Assembly: GCA_040752415.1 (NCBI GenBank)
Contig: JBFMGU010000313.1
Coordinates: forward strand, 1-11,674
Length of the DNA: 11,674 nucleotides
Direction: 5' to 3'
Source: Myxococcota bacterium
Lineage (GTDB): Bacteria > Myxococcota > JACRCW01
Numbering within the stretch: the stretch's first letter is position 1; each line of letters begins with the position of its first letter. This document shows, in pieces, positions 7,594 through 11,674 of this stretch. The notes beneath the pieces were generated by a model that saw only the letters and a list, made by a program, of their open reading frames with translations, was not told where the DNA came from and ran no database searches. The translations under genes were made by a program, and so were the position numbers.

Positions 7594-8634
7594 TCACCCC
7601 GCCAGCTTCCTGGTGATGCCCAGCAATGACAGCCAATCGCGCGCCACCCGCGCCACGTGGGCCCGTGCAACCCGCTGCCAGGTTCGCGTGGGTACCCCCA
7701 GGCGCAGTGTCAGCTCGGAATGCGTCTCCTCGAGTTGCGTGGAGGAGAAGTGGGCCGCGGCAGCTTCCATGTCCCGGGCCCAGGCGCGCGCCGCGTCGGC
7801 GGATATCCGGGTCACGGCCCAACTCGCCACGTCCCAACTCAACTGCGCGTGACGCTCCTCGTCCGGCGCGATGATCGAGAAAGTTCGTCGCCAAGGCGTA
7901 TCCGTGGCGTGGGTTGCCTGGTGCTGCATCATGGCCGCGCCGACCGTTTCCGCCAGGCAGCCTTCCACAAAGTTCTCGGTGGCCACCTCCCAGAGGGACC
8001 GTGGTGACCACGCTGCCAGGCTGGGCGCGGGAACAGGATGCGCGGTGGTTTGCCGCATGAGCTCGGCGTGACGTTCCTCCTCGGACGTCGCCCGCTCCAA
8101 TCTCGTGAGCAGCGACGTGGGCGCGCCGAGCGAGCGCAATTCGCCCTCCAGCCGACGAAACGCCAACACCGCAACGGCCTCCAGGCGCGCTGCCCCGGCG
8201 AGATAGGCCGCCACCGGGTCGGAAACGGGCGCCTTCCAGTCGTCAACACCCTGTGTGTACCGGCCGCAGCCGCCATGACTGCGCACCCGGCAGGTGAGTG
8301 TCACGCCACCGTCGGGCCTCGGCGCGGCCGAACACTCGTGCAGGTGGTAGCCAGCGTCGACCTCTCCGGTGCAGAGATAGTTGCACGGCTCCTCGTGGAA
8401 GTACTGCGCCTGGCCGCCGTCCACGAAGTAGGCCCCGCCGTCCGCAACGTAGAATCGATCCTGGACGTCCTCGGCGCGCTCCTCGGGAACAGCGACCTCG
8501 TAGCCACCGCAGGACCCCTGTGGAGGCGTCTGGGGAAAGCACGCCGAATGGGTCGCGCCGGCGCCCAGTAGCGCCGTGGTGCGCAGCACCTTGGACACGT
8601 TCACGGATGTGAAACGGATTCGATGACGACCCAT
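7594..8634 (-). CDS. Ferritin-like diiron domain protein with an N-terminal Cys-rich, lipoprotein-like region, 346 aa (alternative start 8643)
   Basis: C-terminal ligand set ARLEAVAVLAF, SEEERH, ENFVEGCLAET, IAPDEERH. The N-terminus is basic then moderately hydrophobic, ending in a non-canonical lipobox HSA-C, followed by six Cys, DGG/DAG motifs and a CGR junction. This architecture resembles ferritin-like proteins I recall from myxobacterial genomes. Confidence 0.82.
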   Translation of the reverse strand: MGRHRIRFTSVNVSKVLRTTALLGAGATHSACFPQTPPQGSCGGYEVAVPEERAEDVQDRFYVADGGAYFVDGGQAQYFHEEPCNYLCTGEVDAGYHLHECSAAPRPDGGVTLTCRVRSHGGCGRYTQGVDDWKAPVSDPVAAYLAGAARLEAVAVLAFRRLEGELRSLGAPTSLLTRLERATSEEERHAELMRQTTAHPVPAPSLAAWSPRSLWEVATENFVEGCLAETVGAAMMQHQATHATDTPWRRTFSIIAPDEERHAQLSWDVASWAVTRISADAARAWARDMEAAAAHFSSTQLEETHSELTLRLGVPTRTWQRVARAHVARVARDWLSLLGITRKLAG

Positions 8635-8843
8635 GACAGTCATCTTCCCGCACGCCCGGCCCCTTTGCGAGCCGGTGTCCCGCGAGGAGCACCTTGTCGC
8701 CGACTTGGGACGCGCGAGGGGCATTGTCATCGTCGGCTCACCGCCCATGGCGCCTCGCGATGCATCCGACCGCGAGTCTGCCACACTGTGATCCCGAGAT
8801 ACCATGCGCCCCGAAGGGGACGGCCGGTGTAGGGTCCCGCCGC

Positions 8844-8888
8844 TGCATCCCTAATACCAAGTATTCCCAAAGCGCGCACGGCGTGCCA
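8844..8888 (-). promoter_or_regulatory. Two tandem sigma54-like GG-N10-GC elements oriented toward the ferritin-like lipoprotein gene
   Basis: Minus strand TGGCACGCCGTGCGC (8888-8874; perfect -24, weak -12) and TGGTATTAGGGATGCA (8859-8844), both with exact 10-nt spacing. Confidence 0.4.
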
Positions 8889-8918
8889 GCATTGTGGGGA
8901 CAACCCCGCCTCCGGACC

Positions 8919-9587
8919 ATGACGCACCGCTCCTCCTCCACCCAGCGGGTCACAGCGGCCATCCTGTTCGGCCTGTGGGCATTGGCGTCGTGTCAGCCTG
9001 AGGAAGAAACCCCGGGCGTCGCAGCCCCTGAGAACGGCGCGTCGTTGTCTTCCTCGTCGTCAAGCGGCACCTCCTCCGCCGGCAGCACGGGAAGCGCAAC
9101 CGCCAGCTCATCGGTTTCCTCGAGCAGCGCGGTCAGTCTGTCGTCGCAAAGCACCACCAGCGCATCAAGCACCGGGGGGACGAGCAGCTCTTCGTCGTCG
9201 TCAAGCGGCGCCAGCTCTTCATCCGCGTCGGCTGCTGCAACCGGTTCAAGCTCCAGCGCTTCATCATCCGCCCAGAGCAGCAGCCCTTCGTCCGCGGCGT
9301 CATCCAGCAGCGCTGGTCTTTCCACAACGGGCACCAGTTCCGGATCAACGAGCGGTGCGGCCGCAAGCAGTTCATCCGGCACAGGCGGGACAGCGTCCAG
9401 CACCAACACGTCGTCATCATCCTCTGGAGGCTCGTCTTGGTCATCGAGCACTTCCTCGTCGTCCAGCAGCTCGTCGCTGTCGTCCAGCGGTTCGTCGTCG
9501 TCTTCAAGCGCAGGTGGCGCGCCGCCGCTTGATGCGCAGGTGGTCACCATTGCCAAGCAGTTCTTCTTTCCTGGGGTGCAACCATGA
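8919..9587 (+). CDS. Ser-rich low-complexity lipoprotein, 222 aa
   Basis: From ATG 8919, MTHRSSSTQRVTAAILFGLWALAS-C25 has a canonical lipobox LASC. Residues ~41-200 are almost only Ser/Gly/Thr/Ala. The C-terminus is APPLDAQVVTIAKQFFFPGVQP. The stop overlaps the next start (ATGA). Confidence 0.8.
   Translation: MTHRSSSTQRVTAAILFGLWALASCQPEEETPGVAAPENGASLSSSSSSGTSSAGSTGSATASSSVSSSSAVSLSSQSTTSASSTGGTSSSSSSSSGASSSSASAAATGSSSSASSSAQSSSPSSAASSSSAGLSTTGTSSGSTSGAAASSSSGTGGTASSTNTSSSSSGGSSWSSSTSSSSSSSSLSSSGSSSSSSAGGAPPLDAQVVTIAKQFFFPGVQP
9039..9518 (+). repeat. Poly-serine-encoding low-complexity tract (~160 codons)
   Basis: Repeated Ser runs encoded by mixed TCG/TCC/TCA/TCT/AGC/AGT codons, with no exact tandem DNA unit. 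Confidence 0.85.
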
Positions 9588-10108
9588 AAGCGTACCGGGT
9601 TGGTCTTGCCGTAGGGTCCTTGTTCATTGCCGTGGTGGCCTCGGCGCGATACCTGGCGACCGTTCAATACGAGACGAATTGCGTGGTCACGACGATTCAG
9701 GACGGGAGATCGCCGTGCGGAGCCTCCGGAGATCCCACCAGCCTGTGCCCCAATCTCCTGGTGCATCCATCGGGCGGCGCGACCCCTTTGGAGGTTCGCT
9801 CGCAGCGCATCACCTTCCAGTGCACCTCCGGCTCCGTCGACGTGTGGATGACCCTGCCCAGTCAAAACGACTACACGTACCGGCCCTACGTGGTGGGCGA
9901 CACGCTGTATGCGCAGCTCTTTGCGTCGCGGAATCTGGGTATTCCATTCAAGAAGATTGCCTATCAGGTCCAGGAGCTCCGCGTGAACGACTGCACCATC
10001 TACGCCCAGCGGGAAGACCTGTACGACGACTGCATGGACCGCAACGAGTTCTGGGAACTGCTGCCTGGTCTCCAGAACTTCAACATCGCGTACGGTTTCG
10101 TGCAGTAA
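9584..10108 (+). CDS. Uncharacterised secreted protein with six Cys, 174 aa
   Basis: Sec signal peptide MKAYRVGLAVGSLFIAVVASA with an A-x-A cleavage site. The mature part is aromatic-rich, looks beta-rich and has 6 Cys. GC-biased third codon positions. ATGA overlap with the upstream gene. Confidence 0.8.
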   Translation: MKAYRVGLAVGSLFIAVVASARYLATVQYETNCVVTTIQDGRSPCGASGDPTSLCPNLLVHPSGGATPLEVRSQRITFQCTSGSVDVWMTLPSQNDYTYRPYVVGDTLYAQLFASRNLGIPFKKIAYQVQELRVNDCTIYAQREDLYDDCMDRNEFWELLPGLQNFNIAYGFVQ

Positions 10109-10262
10109 CCAGGAAGGGACTGCCGCACGTCCACGATGCGCGGCGAAGCGAGGTGAGGCCGCTGGGTCGCAGGCGGCGGGGCGCGGGAGCTCCGCCCGGG
10201 CGCGGGAACCACGCAGGTCCGACGACAGGACTCGCACGTCACCTCGGCCCGAACCATCCTTC

Positions 10263-10423
10263 CGCAACATCTTCACCAGCTACCGCGGCACACCAGCGCT
10301 TCATGGGGAAGCTGTTCGCGCGGCGGCGCATTTGACGGCGAGGCACTCGCCCACCTCCACGAGAACGCAACATCTTCGCGCCAGCGGGAACCGCCAACCG
10401 CTTCACCGCGCAACGCACATCTT
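10263..10423 (+). repeat. Direct repeats CGCAACATCTTC upstream of the heme A synthase gene
   Basis: Exact 12-mer at 10263-10274 and 10366-10377, plus a third copy lacking one A (CGCACATCTT, 10414-10423). Confidence 0.6.
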
Positions 10424-10437
10424 TTACACCCGTCACC

Positions 10438-11520
10438 ATGAACATCCCTGTGCACACCGGATCCGACGACAACCGCGGAGTGGCCGCCTGGCTTGCGGTG
10501 GTGTGCGGCATGCTCGTGGCCATGGTGGTTGTGGGCGGCATCACCCGTCTGACGCACTCCGGCCTCTCCATCGTCGAGTGGGCGCCCTTGATGGGCGTTG
10601 CTCCTCCGCTCACGGAAGCGGACTGGATCGCTGCGTTCGAGAGTTACCAGCAATACCCGGAGTACCGCCTGCGCAACCGGGACATGGACCTGGCCGGCTT
10701 CAAGGCAATCTACTTCTGGGAGTACCTGCACCGCCTGCTCGGACGACTGATTGGCGTCGTGGTGCTGTTGCCCTGGCTCCATCTTCTCGCGCGGGGTCGG
10801 TTGCGGGGACGCCGCGCGGCGCGCATGGGTCTGATTCTCGCGCTCGGCGGGCTGCAAGGGGCGCTGGGCTGGTACATGGTGAAGAGCGGTCTGGTGGACC
10901 GTCCCGACGTCAGCCACCTGCGACTCGCCGCCCATCTCGGCATGGCGTTCCTGATTCTCGGTCTCACTCTTGACGCGCTGCTGAGCGCTCTGCCGTCCGC
11001 GCCGCCTCCTCCCGCACCGCGCTACCTCCTGCCCGCCTCCCGGCTCCTCGTCGGCGCCGTCTACCTGCAGGTGATCCTGGGAGCGCTGGTTGCGGGACTG
11101 CGTGCCGGCCTCGGGCACAACACGTTTCCCAAGATGAATGGGCAGTGGTTGCCCGACGGGGCGTTCACCCTCCAGCCGTGGTGGTTGGACCTGGTGGAGA
11201 ACCCCGTCACCGTCCAGTTCCTCCACAGCACCCTGGCCTGGCTGCTCCTGGGCGGCATCGTCGCGCTGTGGTGGCGGGCGCGGCGTGACGTCGGCACGCG
11301 GGTGAAGCGTGCGCTGGATGGCCTGCTGGTGGCGGTGGTGGTGCAGTTCATGCTCGGGGTCGCCACGCTGCTGTGGATGGTGCCCATCCCGCTTGCCGTG
11401 CTGCACCAGCTCGGTGGGTGTGCCCTGTTTGGTGTCGCCGTGATCCTCCATCACGTCGTGGGTGGGGCCTCCGCGCGTGCCCACAAATTGCCCAATCCGT
11501 CGGGGCCGGCGAACACCTAA
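10438..11520 (+). CDS. ctaA: Heme A synthase, COX15/CtaA family (type 2), 360 aa
   Basis: Family motifs GGITRLTHSGLSIVEW, YQQYPEY, FWEYLHRLLGR, QGALGWYMVKSGL, RLAAHL, GALVAGLRAG, NTFPKMNG, QFLH and VLHQ. About eight hydrophobic segments. Confidence 0.95.
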   Translation: MNIPVHTGSDDNRGVAAWLAVVCGMLVAMVVVGGITRLTHSGLSIVEWAPLMGVAPPLTEADWIAAFESYQQYPEYRLRNRDMDLAGFKAIYFWEYLHRLLGRLIGVVVLLPWLHLLARGRLRGRRAARMGLILALGGLQGALGWYMVKSGLVDRPDVSHLRLAAHLGMAFLILGLTLDALLSALPSAPPPPAPRYLLPASRLLVGAVYLQVILGALVAGLRAGLGHNTFPKMNGQWLPDGAFTLQPWWLDLVENPVTVQFLHSTLAWLLLGGIVALWWRARRDVGTRVKRALDGLLVAVVVQFMLGVATLLWMVPIPLAVLHQLGGCALFGVAVILHHVVGGASARAHKLPNPSGPANT

Positions 11521-11674
11521 CCCCCCACGTTCATGCCGTTGCGCTCGCTCGCCCCCCTTCCCCACACCCGCTCACCGCCCACGTGATGCGGATCAGGCGA
11601 CCGTCGGTATCGCCGGCAGCCGAGGCTGCACCTGGAAATTCACCAAGCCCTGCCCTCGTGGACCACTTTCACGA

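Noticed and set aside
8635..8918. Long N-terminal extensions of the track ORFs 7594..8805 and 8694..9587
   Set aside because: They would overlap each other and bury the signal peptides. The region is better explained as a divergent intergenic region.
9560..9587. Programmed frameshift fusing the Ser-rich lipoprotein to the downstream protein
   Set aside because: No canonical X-XXY-YYZ slippery heptamer, and the downstream gene has its own complete signal peptide.
8993..10276. 427-aa minus-strand ORF with an Asp/Glu/Leu-rich tract
   Set aside because: It is the antisense reading of the poly-Ser codons and the secreted protein gene. The plus-strand genes have signal peptides and a coupled junction.
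10263..10423. Direct repeats considered as a CRISPR array
   Set aside because: The repeats are only 12 bp, irregularly spaced and non-palindromic, and no cas genes are present.
11596..11674. Two hairpins (GGCGA...TCGCC; GCAGCC-GA-GGCTGC) and a possible 3' end of a minus-strand gene (...VKVVHEGRAW*, stop at 11640-11642)
   Set aside because: Too short to support a CDS or terminator call without flanking sequence.

Overview
High-GC bacterial DNA. Gene content and the DGG/DAG-rich Cys lipoproteins suggest Myxococcota or a relative (inference). Two housekeeping blocks flank a ~6.3 kb accessory region. On the left is a translationally coupled fadI-fadJ beta-oxidation operon (152-3681) with tandem palindromes over its probable promoter; on the right is a stand-alone COX15/CtaA heme A synthase (10438-11520). 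The accessory region encodes a TPR protein, a seven-repeat RCC1/BLIP-II-like lipoprotein with a sigma54-type promoter, and two unusual modules. Module 1 (6267-8634): a cytoplasmic ferritin-like diiron protein followed by a small Cys-rich lipoprotein, converging on a gene that fuses a similar Cys-rich lipoprotein-like N-terminus to a second ferritin-like domain, i.e. apparent split and fused versions of one architecture side by side. Module 2 (8919-10108): a lipoprotein that is almost entirely a 160-aa Ser-rich linker ending in a short hydrophobic peptide, coupled by an ATGA overlap to a 6-Cys secreted protein. No RNA genes, CRISPR arrays or mobile elements were recognised. All calls come from reading the sequence; no searches were run.
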